DNA of 64,000 nucleotides from an uncultured Solibacteraceae bacterium (lineage in GTDB: Bacteria > Acidobacteriota > Vicinamibacteria > Vicinamibacterales > SCN-69-37): the NCBI GenBank assembly GCA_964489685.1, contig CAZAZR010000001.1, positions 732-64,731 on the forward strand, read 5' to 3'. Position 1 is the first letter of the stretch. Each line of letters starts with the position of its first letter. A program made the position numbers and the translations under genes. The notes beneath the pieces are model-generated. The model was not told the origin of the DNA. It ran no database searches and saw only the letters and a program-made list of their open reading frames with translations. Below are positions 18,606 to 29,568 of the stretch, one piece after another.

Positions 18606-19679
18606 CTACGGGCCGCCGAAGTTCCGGTTCAGATACAACCAGTTGAGGCCCCGTTTACCCGCGCGACGGATGTGACCCATCACCTTTCGTGTTGCCAGAA
18701 GCCCTCTAGAGGGCGGGTGCCAGATCTTGTCACGGTGATCAATCTCAAGCCTCTCGAGTTCGGCGGCGTCCTCGGCGCCAATGACGTTTCCAAGATGCCG
18801 CACGTATCGTCCCTCGGTTGACAACCGCACATAGCCAAGGGCATCGATGCGCTCGTCGAAGTCCTTTTCGCCACTACAGAGAAGCCGGGTCTCCCATTCT
18901 GGAGCCAACCCTTCGAGCAGAGTGGCCTTCAAGCCAAGGAACTGGAAATGGGTGGCTGTCGCGTACGCCCGAGCACCTTGCCGCTCTAGCACGATTTCCT
19001 CCGCGTGCTTGCGCACTGCGGCGTCTCGCTCGGTCGTATATCCGATGCTCGCCGCGAAGTCGCGGTGCCATGCCTCGGGGAGGAAGTGTCCACGACGGAC
19101 GACTACATCCGGGTGTCGCGCCTGATAAGAGGTCAGACACGAATTACCGTACCTGAACTGCTGGCCGACCGGAAGGGCGCTGACCATCCCCACTTCAGGA
19201 AATCTCTCCAGGAGGCTCATCGAGGCCTCGAGCCATCCGGGATAAAAGAGCACATCGTCATCGCTGTACGCGATCACTTCACCCGGCGCCGTGTTGAACA
19301 TGACACGCCAAGCGTTGGCTTTCCCGATATTGACGTTCGACCGCAGCAGAAAAGTGATAATTCCGGCGGACTCCAACTCCTTGAGTCGATCGACGACGGC
19401 TTGGCAACTGGCGTTGTCGAAGACGAGGACGTCCACGCTACCCAGGGGCGTGCTCCGGGCCAGACTCAGCAGAGACGCGCTGAGGACCGCCAGGCGGCGG
19501 GAATAGTAGCCGTCTTCGTTCGGGATGTACGTGAGGACGCAGGCGGTGACTCGGGCGGGCGACCAATCCGTCGTCTGGAGCCGCGTGGGAGCGATACCTA
19601 CTCGCATGCCGCCGCTCCGAGGAACAGACCAGCCGCACCGCCTCGCTGCCGGCAGCAATGCTGCGGGTTGCGCGAGCAC
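18606..19679 (-). CDS. Glycosyltransferase family 2
   Basis: VTACVLTYIPNEDGYYSRRLAVLSASLLSL...VDVLVFDNASCQ...AYSDDDVLFYPGWL. The true start may be the internal MRVGIAP at 19607. Confidence 0.85.
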   Translation of the reverse strand: MLAQPAALLPAARRCGWSVPRSGGMRVGIAPTRLQTTDWSPARVTACVLTYIPNEDGYYSRRLAVLSASLLSLARSTPLGSVDVLVFDNASCQAVVDRLKELESAGIITFLLRSNVNIGKANAWRVMFNTAPGEVIAYSDDDVLFYPGWLEASMSLLERFPEVGMVSALPVGQQFRYGNSCLTSYQARHPDVVVRRGHFLPEAWHRDFAASIGYTTERDAAVRKHAEEIVLERQGARAYATATHFQFLGLKATLLEGLAPEWETRLLCSGEKDFDERIDALGYVRLSTEGRYVRHLGNVIGAEDAAELERLEIDHRDKIWHPPSRGLLATRKVMGHIRRAGKRGLNWLYLNRNFGGP

Positions 19680-19916
19680 CGGATGAAGAAGAGTGTTGGC
19701 CGGCTCAAGTGCGGTACCTGCGAGCGATCAACGAACTGTAACACACGGGGCCCCAGCGGCTCGGACGCAGGCAGCGGCTCACGCCGACCAAAATTTGATA
19801 TGTGCCCGGGTCTTTGGGTAATCTGTCTCGGTTCTATGGCCATTTGCATCTCTGACTCTTACGTCGCGGAGCATACGCGGGGACCGGCGCAGGATCGGTT
19901 GCGGACGGTCATTGGC

Positions 19917-20630
19917 ATGTCGCCCCTGATCGGAAGGTACCGGCGGGTCCGTCGGGCGCTGGCATTGGGTGCCGGCCCGGCCGGCACCGCCGAGTGCAGG
20001 GTGACCGATAGTCTGGATCGGTGCGCAGCCCACTTCCACGAACACCGGTGGGCGTTGATCGAGAACTTTTTCTCAGACGATTTTTATGCCGACTTGGTCG
20101 CCCAGTGGCCGAAGCGGTATGAGTTCGCTCCGCCCGGCTCGCTGGAGAAGAGCTATGACACCGGATTCTTCTGCCGGTGGACGGCTGATGTCACCACTGT
20201 TGCGCCGCGGCTGCGGAGGTACGACGCCCTGTCCCGCTGGGTGCGGTTCCTGGCGACACTGGAGTGTGGCGCTCGATTCAGCACTGTGTTTGGCAAGGGC
20301 GCGAACTTGAAGTGCACGTCGTTTCTGATGCACATGACCAGGGAGGGATCCCAAGTCGTGCCGCATAAGGACAGCACGTTCCGTGCCGACCGTCCCAGGC
20401 ACATTCTGAATATTCTCGTCTTTGTCGATGGCCAGGGTGGCGATGGCGGGGGCGGACTGGCCCTGTCGCGTGACAACGAACTCCGGGACGTGATCGTGGA
20501 GGCGAAGTACCTGAAGAATACGGCGCTGCTGTATGACGTCAAGGCCGATTTGTTTCACGGGTTCAAGCCCGTGGCACCCGGGAAGTTCCGCTGGTCGATG
20601 TCGTCAGAGTTCTTTGACGAGGGGCCGTAG
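19917..20630 (+). CDS. 2OG-Fe(II) oxygenase superfamily-like protein
   Basis: This is the 3' part of ORF 19005..20630. The 5' part is antisense to the GT2 gene and is rejected. Candidate starts are ATG 19917 or ATG 19836. Putative facial triad VVPHKDS (HxD) ... LFHGF. Confidence 0.5.
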   Translation: MSPLIGRYRRVRRALALGAGPAGTAECRVTDSLDRCAAHFHEHRWALIENFFSDDFYADLVAQWPKRYEFAPPGSLEKSYDTGFFCRWTADVTTVAPRLRRYDALSRWVRFLATLECGARFSTVFGKGANLKCTSFLMHMTREGSQVVPHKDSTFRADRPRHILNILVFVDGQGGDGGGGLALSRDNELRDVIVEAKYLKNTALLYDVKADLFHGFKPVAPGKFRWSMSSEFFDEGP

Positions 20631-20947
20631 TGAGGGGTACCCAGCCCTTGAATCACGTGCCTTCGCGAACCAGACGCACGGTGTCGCTCAAGCACCGTGA
20701 ACGGGGCAATCCAACAGTGGGGCGCGAGTGGTTGGCGGCAGCGACGATATCGACGTCGAGGAAAGATAGTTCGGCCAAATCTCTCCGCGAGCACGTTGCG
20801 TAGGCTCGTATCGATTCTCGAAAAAGGCAGAACCAGTCGGAGTTGGGATGGCGAAGTTCCCCGTCCCGCGAAGGCCGGAACTCTCCCTCGACGAAGTGGC
20901 GCTCCGCCAGCATGAAGGCCAGCTCGGAAGATTGGCCCCGTAGTCCG

Positions 20948-21555
20948 CTACTCAGGCGGAAGACTGCCGGTCGGAGGCGTGCGGGTCTTCCGCTCCCGAA
21001 CCCAATTCGCCAGCGCCTGCTTCGCGCAGAGCGCGAGGTCGGGCACATCGGCGGCGATGTCGTGCCGTTCCTCCGGATCCCTCGTGAGGTCGTAGGTTTC
21101 GACGCGGTCTGTGCTGATCGTCCACACGTGTTTGCGGTCACCCTCGCGCAGCGCGAGCGTGGAGCCGGTGTCCCCGGCGAAGAGATACACCGCCTGTCGC
21201 GCCGGGTCGCCGAACAGATTCCGGCCGTCCCACTGCGGGGGCGGGGCCAGTCCCAGAAGGCCGAGGATCGACGGCGCCACGTCCGTCAGGTCGGTCAGTG
21301 CCGATGACGCACCGCCGGCCAGAAGCGCCGGACTGTGGAACAGCAGCGGGATCCGCACACTCTCTTCATACAGGTTCGTGCCGTGCCCGTAGCGGCCGTG
21401 CTGGCCAAACTCCTCGCCGTGATCGCTGGTCACCACACGCAGCGTCGAGTCGGTCAAGCCCTCCTGCTCCAGTACGTCCACGATCTCCATGATCCATTCG
21501 TCCGATCGCCGGAGGGTCTCCAGATACCGGCCGAACGAGAGGGCCGCCCACGGCC
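20948..21555 (-). pseudogene. Sulfatase C-terminal fragment (N-terminal catalytic half absent)
   Basis: LRVVTSDHGEEFGQHGRYGHGTNLYEESVRIPLLFHSP is the conserved C-terminal sulfatase block. There are only about 200 aa and no CxPxR-type active-site region. It abuts the truncated ABC gene in another frame. Confidence 0.7.
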
Positions 21556-22734
21556 GTAGCCGATCTGGTTCTGCCATCCACGCAGACGGCGTTGGATGTC
21601 GTGGCCGTCCACCAGCACGTGCCCGGCGCTGGGCGTCAGCAGGCCCAGCAGCACATCCACCAGGGTGCTCTTGCCCGAACCACTTGGGCCAATCAGGCCC
21701 ACCGATTCGCCGCTGGCTATCTGGATTGTGACTCGGTCCAGAGCTGGGGCCGGCGCTCCAGGGTAGGCATAGCTCACATCGTCCAGGTGGATGGCACCAC
21801 CCACGGTGAATGCGACACCGTCGGCCACGGCCCGCGCTTCGGGTTCCGCAAGCCGTAGCTCTTCGTGCAGCCGGTCGATGACCGGCACTGTGTACCGCAC
21901 GGTTTGTACGGCGCCGAGGATGCGGTTCACCGATGGCATGAGCCGGAACGCCGCGGCTGCGAGGAATCCGACGATGGGCACGATGGCTGCGATGTCGGTC
22001 CCACCCGCGACCATCGCAATGACGAGCGTGGCAAGGCCTCCGAACGTGAGCAACTCGAGCCAGAGTCGAGGCACCTGCTTCAACGTCCGCTGAGCCCGCT
22101 CCGCCCGAGCCGCCTCAACGTTGTGCCTCTGGAACTGCGCAAGGAAGCCGTCCTCCCGGCCGGGGAGCTTCACTTCTTTCGCCCCGCCCAGGCCCTGCAT
22201 CAGATGCTGAAGGCGCAGGCCCTCGTGATACTCACAGGCCGTGCCCAGGCGTGTGAGGCGCGCCTTCGTGATGCGGTGATACCCCGCACTCGCACCACCA
22301 AGCACCAGGCCCACGACCAGCACTCCCACGGGCTCGATCAACAGCGCCAGACCTCCGACGCTCACGAGCGTGAGGCTCTCAGCGGCACACAAGACAATGG
22401 GCGTCACCGCGCCCTGGGCGAACGACGCCACCACGGCGGTGGCCGTGTGAATCAACCGCGCCGAGTGGTGCTGCAGGTGAACCGCCAGTCCGAGCATGGC
22501 GCCCATGATGAGCGCCGGCTGGCTCGGGTGCCCGAGTCGAGCAAGGAGCCCGGTCAACACGGGGAACCGGGCGGCAATGTCAGGTTCGACCATGAGGGCG
22601 ATGACCGGAATCATCAGGCCGATACTGACGGTTTCGATCACGGCGCCGACGACCATGAACGCCAGCAGCACGGCCGCGCGCCTGCGCTGAGTTGGTGTCA
22701 GCAGCCGCCAAGTCCTTGTGAACGCCCCTGTCAC
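21556..22734 (-). pseudogene. ABC exporter remnant (paralog of 11897..13699) truncated just after Walker A
   Basis: TM region then GPSGSGKSTLVDVLLGLLTPSAGHVLVDGHDI...WQNQIGY. Where the intact paralog continues VAQ (Q-loop), the reading frame runs into unrelated sequence. Signature and Walker B are missing. Confidence 0.7.
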
Positions 22735-22746
22735 ACTGGTGTCCTT

Positions 22747-23449
22747 TCAACCGACCGGGGCTCGTCGCGCAAACACATGGCCTTTCCACGTGGCCGTGGG
22801 ATCGAGGGAGTCCACAGACGGGAATGCTTCCACGAGGCGATACCCATGGACGGCCATCACGTCTCCCACCGCTCGCTCGACGAAGAAGCGGCAGGGGTAG
22901 GTCGCAGCGTAGATTGATGCGGGCACATGCTGGATGGAAATGCGATCCCTGTCCCGGAAATGCAGGTAGGGCATTCTATCGAGAATCACCGTGTCCGTCT
23001 GACGCGCCAGAAGCTCAGCCAGCAGGCCATACGGGCCGGGAAGATACTGCAACACGGCGGACAACAACAGCACGTTCGGCTCGGTGTGACCGAGGCACTC
23101 GTCGATCGTCCCGTAGAACTTCAACACGTCGTCTTCCACCTGAGTTCGTCCGGCCTCGATGTAGTGGGGCTGCTCGACAATACTCCAGCGCAGGTCGCGA
23201 AGGCCCGACAGAAACTTCCGGTTCTGGAAGTAGTGGCTGCCAAACGCCCCGCCGAAATCAAGTACGTTCAGGCGCCCGCCGTGGCGCGCGGCCACCGACA
23301 GGAGGCCGGCCAGCACCGGCCAGGCATACGCACTGCGATCGAACACCACGGAATCGCGCTCAAAGACCGGCGGCGCCCGACTTGACCTTCAGCGACTGGC
23401 GCACGACGGCCGGCGGCAGCCAATCGCGAGCGAAGAATCCCCAGTCTGT
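22747..23449 (-). pseudogene. Methyltransferase (LIC12133/TIGR04325-like) with frameshift and N-terminal deletion
   Basis: LNVLDFGGAFGSHYFQNRKFL...WSIVEQPHYIEAGR...LLLSAVLQYLP matches my recollection of this family. An N-terminal piece, MTDWGFFARDWLPPAVVRQSLKVKSGAAG (23360-23449), ends in TGA. The body (FERDSVVFDRSAYAWPVL) continues in another frame and the usual roughly 60 aa between them are absent. Confidence 0.6.
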
Positions 23450-23817
23450 CATCGGGGGCTCACGATCTCTTGCGCAATGTAGCAGCAACGCCCGATCGTG
23501 ATCGGCGCGGCCACCGGCTTGGCGCGGCCGCCAGTCAGGCACTGCGCGATGGAATTGTGCGTGTGGATCTGCGCGCCCGACGAAATCTGTGTGTAGTCGC
23601 CGATGCGCAGCGCCGCGCGTGACCCGTCGAACACCGTGAACGGGCCAATCCAGCAGTGCGCGCCCACTTCCACGTCGCCCAGGATGAGGCACTCGTCATA
23701 GACGGAGGTGCCCACGCCAAAGCCGCGCTCGGCGGCCAGCCGCCACCGGTCGTTGCGCAGCGTCCCGACCGGCACGTGCCGCTTGATGAACTCCACGTCC
23801 GCCGCCGCAACATCCAC
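23449..23817 (-). CDS. Hexapeptide-repeat (LbH) acetyltransferase, short and possibly C-terminally truncated
   Basis: GDVEVGAHCWIGPFTVFDGS...LRIGDYTQISSGAQIHTH...PITIGRCCYIAQ shows left-handed beta-helix hexapeptide periodicity. The protein stops at 122 aa, where family members usually continue for about 50 aa. Its stop overlaps the methyltransferase ATG (ATGA). Confidence 0.6.
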   Translation of the reverse strand: MDVAAADVEFIKRHVPVGTLRNDRWRLAAERGFGVGTSVYDECLILGDVEVGAHCWIGPFTVFDGSRAALRIGDYTQISSGAQIHTHNSIAQCLTGGRAKPVAAPITIGRCCYIAQEIVSPR

Positions 23818-23827
23818 GACAGCGTCC

Positions 23828-24199
23828 TACGAGACGGTTCGTGACGCGTCGACCGGCGGTGAGGGGGACAAGCCCGCGAAGACGACGGTCCAGCCGTATC
23901 GAGACACGCTCGATCGCCTGTGGATTATCGATCCGCTGCCTGCGTGGCAACCCGTCCACAATCCGATCACCCGATTGACAGGCCCACCGAAACACCATCT
24001 TGCGGATCCCGCGCTGGCTGCGCGTTTGCTCGGCGCGGACGCCGACGCGTTGCTGGATTCGCGAGCGCTGGGTCCCCCCATCCCGAGGCGTGGCACGTTG
24101 CTCGGACACCTGTTCGAGTCGCTCGTGACCCAAAGCGTGCGTGTGGTCGCGCAGGCGACGAAGACGTCCGCCATCTTCGATGGCTGGCAGCGACGATAG
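23828..24199 (+). pseudogene. Fragment of a COG1373-type AAA ATPase (DUF4143 region only)
   Basis: TTVQPYRDTLDRLWIIDPLPAWQPVHNPITRLTGPPKHHLADPALAARLLG...GHLFESLV matches the DUF4143 segment (Y-L-x-x-L-E ... P-x-W ... K-x-y-f-x-D-x-G-L). There is no P-loop domain upstream and no C-terminal remainder. Confidence 0.6.
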
Positions 24200-24265
24200 G
24201 GGACGATCTACGTGATGCGGTGATAGTGAGGAAGGGCGGGCTCAATTCCTGCCTCGCCTCGCGCC

Positions 24266-24424
24266 TCAGAAAATCGTGTAGACGAACGGCGCGAGCACCG
24301 ACCCCTGCGTGGCCAGCATCAACGCGCCGATCATGACCATGACGATGATGATGGGGAGGAGCCAGAACTTCTTGCGCACCCGCATGAATTCCCAGAGTTC
24401 CTTGAACAGGCTCACATTGCTCAT
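24266..24424 (-). CDS. DUF5989 family small membrane protein
   Basis: Internal ATG of ORF 24266..24550: MSNVSLFKELWEFMRVRKKFWLLPIIIVMVMIGALMLATQGSVLAPFVYTIF (52 aa). This is the typical third member of the carbamoyltransferase/SxtJ triad. Confidence 0.8.
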   Translation of the reverse strand: MSNVSLFKELWEFMRVRKKFWLLPIIIVMVMIGALMLATQGSVLAPFVYTIF

Positions 24425-24437
24425 CGTCGGTTCCGTC

Positions 24438-24848
24438 CTAAAACTGGCGGTTGAGGTCGCTGCGACGCGCAGCGCCTGCCGGCCGGGTGATCCAATACGA
24501 TTCGCCACGAGGGCGCACCAGTGCATTATGGCCAAAGGCGCGCCGCACAAGGCCGATCGGCGTCAGCACCACAAAATAGATGCCGCCCATGAAGATCGGC
24601 GTCGTCACCTTCGACATCAGCACCGCCAGGCCCATCCACGCGCGGTAGACCGGCCCCATCGAGCCGGGAATCAGGGCGCCGCCGGCCATCAGCGCACCGC
24701 CAAGCGACCACAGCACCATGGGCGCGACCGAGTGCCCACGCCACCAGGACACGCCGCCCAGCAAGACAAACACGCCGCCCACGAGCAGCCCGAACTTGCG
24801 GCCTTCCGCCGGGCTCAGTCGAGCTGGAATGCTGCGTTCGAGGTGCAC
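24438..24848 (-). CDS. SxtJ family membrane protein
   Basis: GRKFGLLVGGVFVLLGGVSWWRG...GPVYRAWMGLAVLMSKVTTPIFMGGIYFVVLTPIGLVRR. It has a GTG start and lies between the carbamoyltransferase and DUF5989 genes. Confidence 0.75.
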   Translation of the reverse strand: MHLERSIPARLSPAEGRKFGLLVGGVFVLLGGVSWWRGHSVAPMVLWSLGGALMAGGALIPGSMGPVYRAWMGLAVLMSKVTTPIFMGGIYFVVLTPIGLVRRAFGHNALVRPRGESYWITRPAGAARRSDLNRQF

Positions 24849-25014
24849 CTGATGATTCTACGGGGCTTTTGTCGATGTGCGGTATCCACACTGTCCTTAT
24901 TGAAGTGATTAATGAGTGATATGCACGATCGTTCCTGGCGCAATGCCGAGCCGACCGCATTGCCAACGGATGGTGAATCCCCGCAAAACTCGCTGACGCC
25001 GAGAGGCTCTGACT

Positions 25015-26844
25015 TCAGTCGAGCTGGAATTCTGCTTTCCAATCCGCAGTTTCCTTCCACGCCGGCTGCGAGGCCTTGTCGAGATAATACGGGCCCAGCA
25101 CGAGCGTGTCGATGTGCGTGCGCATGAAACACCGATACGCGTCTTCGGGGGTGCAGACGATGGGCTCGCCGCGCACGTTGAAGGACGTATTGACCAGGAC
25201 CGCGCAGCCGGTGAGCCGCTCGAATTCGGCAATCAAGTCGTAGTAGTCGGGGTTGACGTCGCGCGAGACGGTCTGAATACGGGCCGAATAATCGATGTGC
25301 GTGACGGCCGGAATGTCGGACCGCAGCACATTGAGCTGCTCGATGCCCCAGAGCCGCTGCTGCTCGCTGGTCATCGGAATCTGGCGCGACTTCTTTACCG
25401 GCGCCACCAGCAACATGTACGGCGAGTCGTCGTCGAGCTCGAAATAGTCGGCCACGCGCTCGCGCAGCACGCTGGGCGCAAAGGGCCTGAAGCCTTCACG
25501 GAACTTGATCTTGATGTTCATGTCGGCCTGCATGCGGGGACTGCGCGGGTCGCCCAGAATGCTGCGGCAGCCAAGCGACCGCGGGCCAAACTCCATCCGC
25601 CCGTTGAACCAGCCGACAATCTTCCCGCTCGCCAGATCCTGCGCGACGGTCTTGCGAAGGTCGGCCGGCTCGATCTTCGTGAACACGGCGCCAGCCGATG
25701 TCAGCCAGGCCTCGATCTCGGCGTCGGAGAACGCGGGACCCAGGTAACTGCCATTCATGGCATCTCGGCCGGGGACCACCGTGCGTGGCTTCTGGCAGTG
25801 CCGATTCCACACAAGCGTGGCCGCGCCAAGCGCGCCGCCCGCATCCCCGGATGCCGGCTGAATCCAGAGGCGTTTGAAAGGACCTTCACGCAGCAGCCTG
25901 CCATTTCCGACACAGTTGAGCGCCACGCCACCCGACAGGCACAGGTGCTCGGCACCCGTTTCGCGATGCGCGGTGCGCGCCATCCGCAGCATCACTTCCT
26001 CTGTGACGTGCTGCACCGATCGGGCCAGGTCCATCTGCTTCTGCGTCAACTGGCTCTCGGCCTGGCGCGGCGGACCGCCAAACAGTTCATCAAACGCACC
26101 GCTCGTCATCGTCAAACCGGCGAGATAGTTGAAGTACTTCTGGTCCAGCGTGAACGACCCGTCGTCGCGCAGGTCCATCAGATGGTTGAGGATGAGGTCC
26201 ACGTACTTCGGCTGGCCATAGGGCGCCAGGCCCATGACTTTGTACTCGCCCGAGTTGACCTTGAAGCCGGTGTAGTACGTGAAGGCCGAGTAGAGCAGAC
26301 CGAGCGAGTCGGGCCAGTGCAATTCCTTGATGATTTCGAAGTCGTTGTCTCGCCCCATGCCGATGGTGGTGGTGGCCCACTCACCGACGCCATCCATCGT
26401 GAGAATGGCCGCTTCCTGGAATGGCGACGGAAAAAACGCGCTGGCCGCGTGCGACTCGTGATGTTCGGCGTACAGGATCTTGCCCTCGTACCCGAGCGAG
26501 TCGTGCAACTCCCGATCGATGTAGAGCTTGTCCTTGATCCACAGCGGGCCGGCCGCCAGGAACGACCCGAATCCGCGAGGGGCCACGCCGATGTAGGTCT
26601 CGAGGATGCGCTCGAACTTGAGCAGCGGCTTGTCGTAGAAGGCGACGTGGTCGAGGTTCTTCGCCTCGATGCCGGCGGTCTTCAGGCAGAACTCGACCGC
26701 CCGTGCAGGAAACGCCGCGTCACCCTTCTTTCGGGTGAATCGCTCTTCCGACGCCGCAGCCAGGATCTCGCCATCGCGCACCAGGCACGCGGCGCTGTCG
26801 TGGTAAAACGCGGAAATGCCAAGGATGTGCACGCGCTTCATCAT
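25015..26844 (-). CDS. Carbamoyltransferase (NodU/CmcH family)
   Basis: MMKRVHILGISAFYHDSAACLVRDGEILAAASEERFTRKKGDAAFP ... C-terminal YrdC/Kae1-like region. The start is trimmed to the MMKR ATG. Confidence 0.9.
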   Translation of the reverse strand: MMKRVHILGISAFYHDSAACLVRDGEILAAASEERFTRKKGDAAFPARAVEFCLKTAGIEAKNLDHVAFYDKPLLKFERILETYIGVAPRGFGSFLAAGPLWIKDKLYIDRELHDSLGYEGKILYAEHHESHAASAFFPSPFQEAAILTMDGVGEWATTTIGMGRDNDFEIIKELHWPDSLGLLYSAFTYYTGFKVNSGEYKVMGLAPYGQPKYVDLILNHLMDLRDDGSFTLDQKYFNYLAGLTMTSGAFDELFGGPPRQAESQLTQKQMDLARSVQHVTEEVMLRMARTAHRETGAEHLCLSGGVALNCVGNGRLLREGPFKRLWIQPASGDAGGALGAATLVWNRHCQKPRTVVPGRDAMNGSYLGPAFSDAEIEAWLTSAGAVFTKIEPADLRKTVAQDLASGKIVGWFNGRMEFGPRSLGCRSILGDPRSPRMQADMNIKIKFREGFRPFAPSVLRERVADYFELDDDSPYMLLVAPVKKSRQIPMTSEQQRLWGIEQLNVLRSDIPAVTHIDYSARIQTVSRDVNPDYYDLIAEFERLTGCAVLVNTSFNVRGEPIVCTPEDAYRCFMRTHIDTLVLGPYYLDKASQPAWKETADWKAEFQLD

Positions 26845-26911
26845 TTCACACGAGCCATCAAAAACCTCGGGTTGCACACAAGGCGTCAAGGACTGACAGA
26901 GACTGGCTCAA

Positions 26912-27654
26912 TCAGCGATTGGAGAACATCGCCCTGCGGTATTCGCGGTTCATGGTGGCGATGTGTCTGAGCGAAATGCCCTTGGGGCACACGGCTTCGC
27001 ACTCGCCCTCGTTGGAACAGCCGCCGAAGCCGGCGGTGTCCATCGCTTCCACCATGGCGACCACGCGCGTGGGCGCTTCGGCCCGGCCCTGGGGCAGCAG
27101 GGCCAGCTGGGTGATTTTGGCTGAAGTGAACAGGGCCGCCGACGCGTTCTTGCACGCGGCGACACACGCGCCGCATCCGATGCACACGGCCGCATCCATC
27201 GCCTCGTCAGCCACCGTCTTCGGGATGAGAATCGCGTTGCCGTCAGGCGCGCCGCCCGTGTTGACCGACGTGTAGCCGCCGGCCTGAATGATGGCGTCAA
27301 ACGCACTGCGGTCCACGACCAGGTCCTTGATGAGCGGAAACGCCAGCGCCTGCCACGGTTCAATGACGATGGTGTCGCCGTCGTTGTAGCGACGCATGTG
27401 GAGTTGGCAGACCGTGGTGCAGGGGTCGGGGCCGTGCGCGCGGCCGTCCACCATCACGCCACAAGTACCGCAAATGCCTTCGCGACAGTCCGAGTCGAAC
27501 GCGATCGGGTCTTCCCCACGAGCGATCAGGGTCTCGTTGACCGAGTCCAGCATCTCGAGGAACGACATATCGGGTGCCACGTGGTCGGCGGTGTAGTCCA
27601 CCAGCCGGCCTTTGGCGTCGGGCCCGGCCTGCCGCCAGACTTTGAGGTGTACCT

Positions 27655-27658
<4 letters not shown>
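26912..27658 (-). CDS. sdhB: Succinate dehydrogenase/fumarate reductase iron-sulfur subunit
   Basis: 2Fe-2S motif [10 protein letters not shown] and 4Fe-4S/3Fe-4S motifs [11 protein letters not shown] and [15 protein letters not shown]. Confidence 0.95.

Positions 27659-29564
<1,906 letters not shown>

Positions 29565-29568
<4 letters not shown>

Noticed and set aside
19005-19835. The N-terminal 277-304 codons of the 541-aa ORF 19005..20630.
   Set aside because: This part is antisense to the GT2 gene 18606..19679 and to its upstream region. Only the 3' portion shows protein-like sequence, so the gene was trimmed.
20653-21141. A 162-aa minus-strand ORF downstream of the sulfatase fragment.
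   Set aside because: Its first half overlaps the sulfatase fragment out of frame. The remaining ~90 codons (20653-20930) have no motif I can recognise. This is possibly another relic, but it is unsupported.
25114-26970. A 618-aa ORF on the plus strand. Similar long ORFs occur at 28120..29418 (+), 31436..32512 (-), 1685..2863 (+), 3101..4273 (+) and 55796..56944 (+).
   Set aside because: Each lies antisense to a gene with unambiguous family motifs (carbamoyltransferase, sdhA, sucD, SDR/cytidylyltransferase, the Gfo oxidoreductase, the AAA protein). Their translations are Arg/Gly/Ala/Pro-rich low-complexity strings, typical of shadow ORFs in high-GC DNA.
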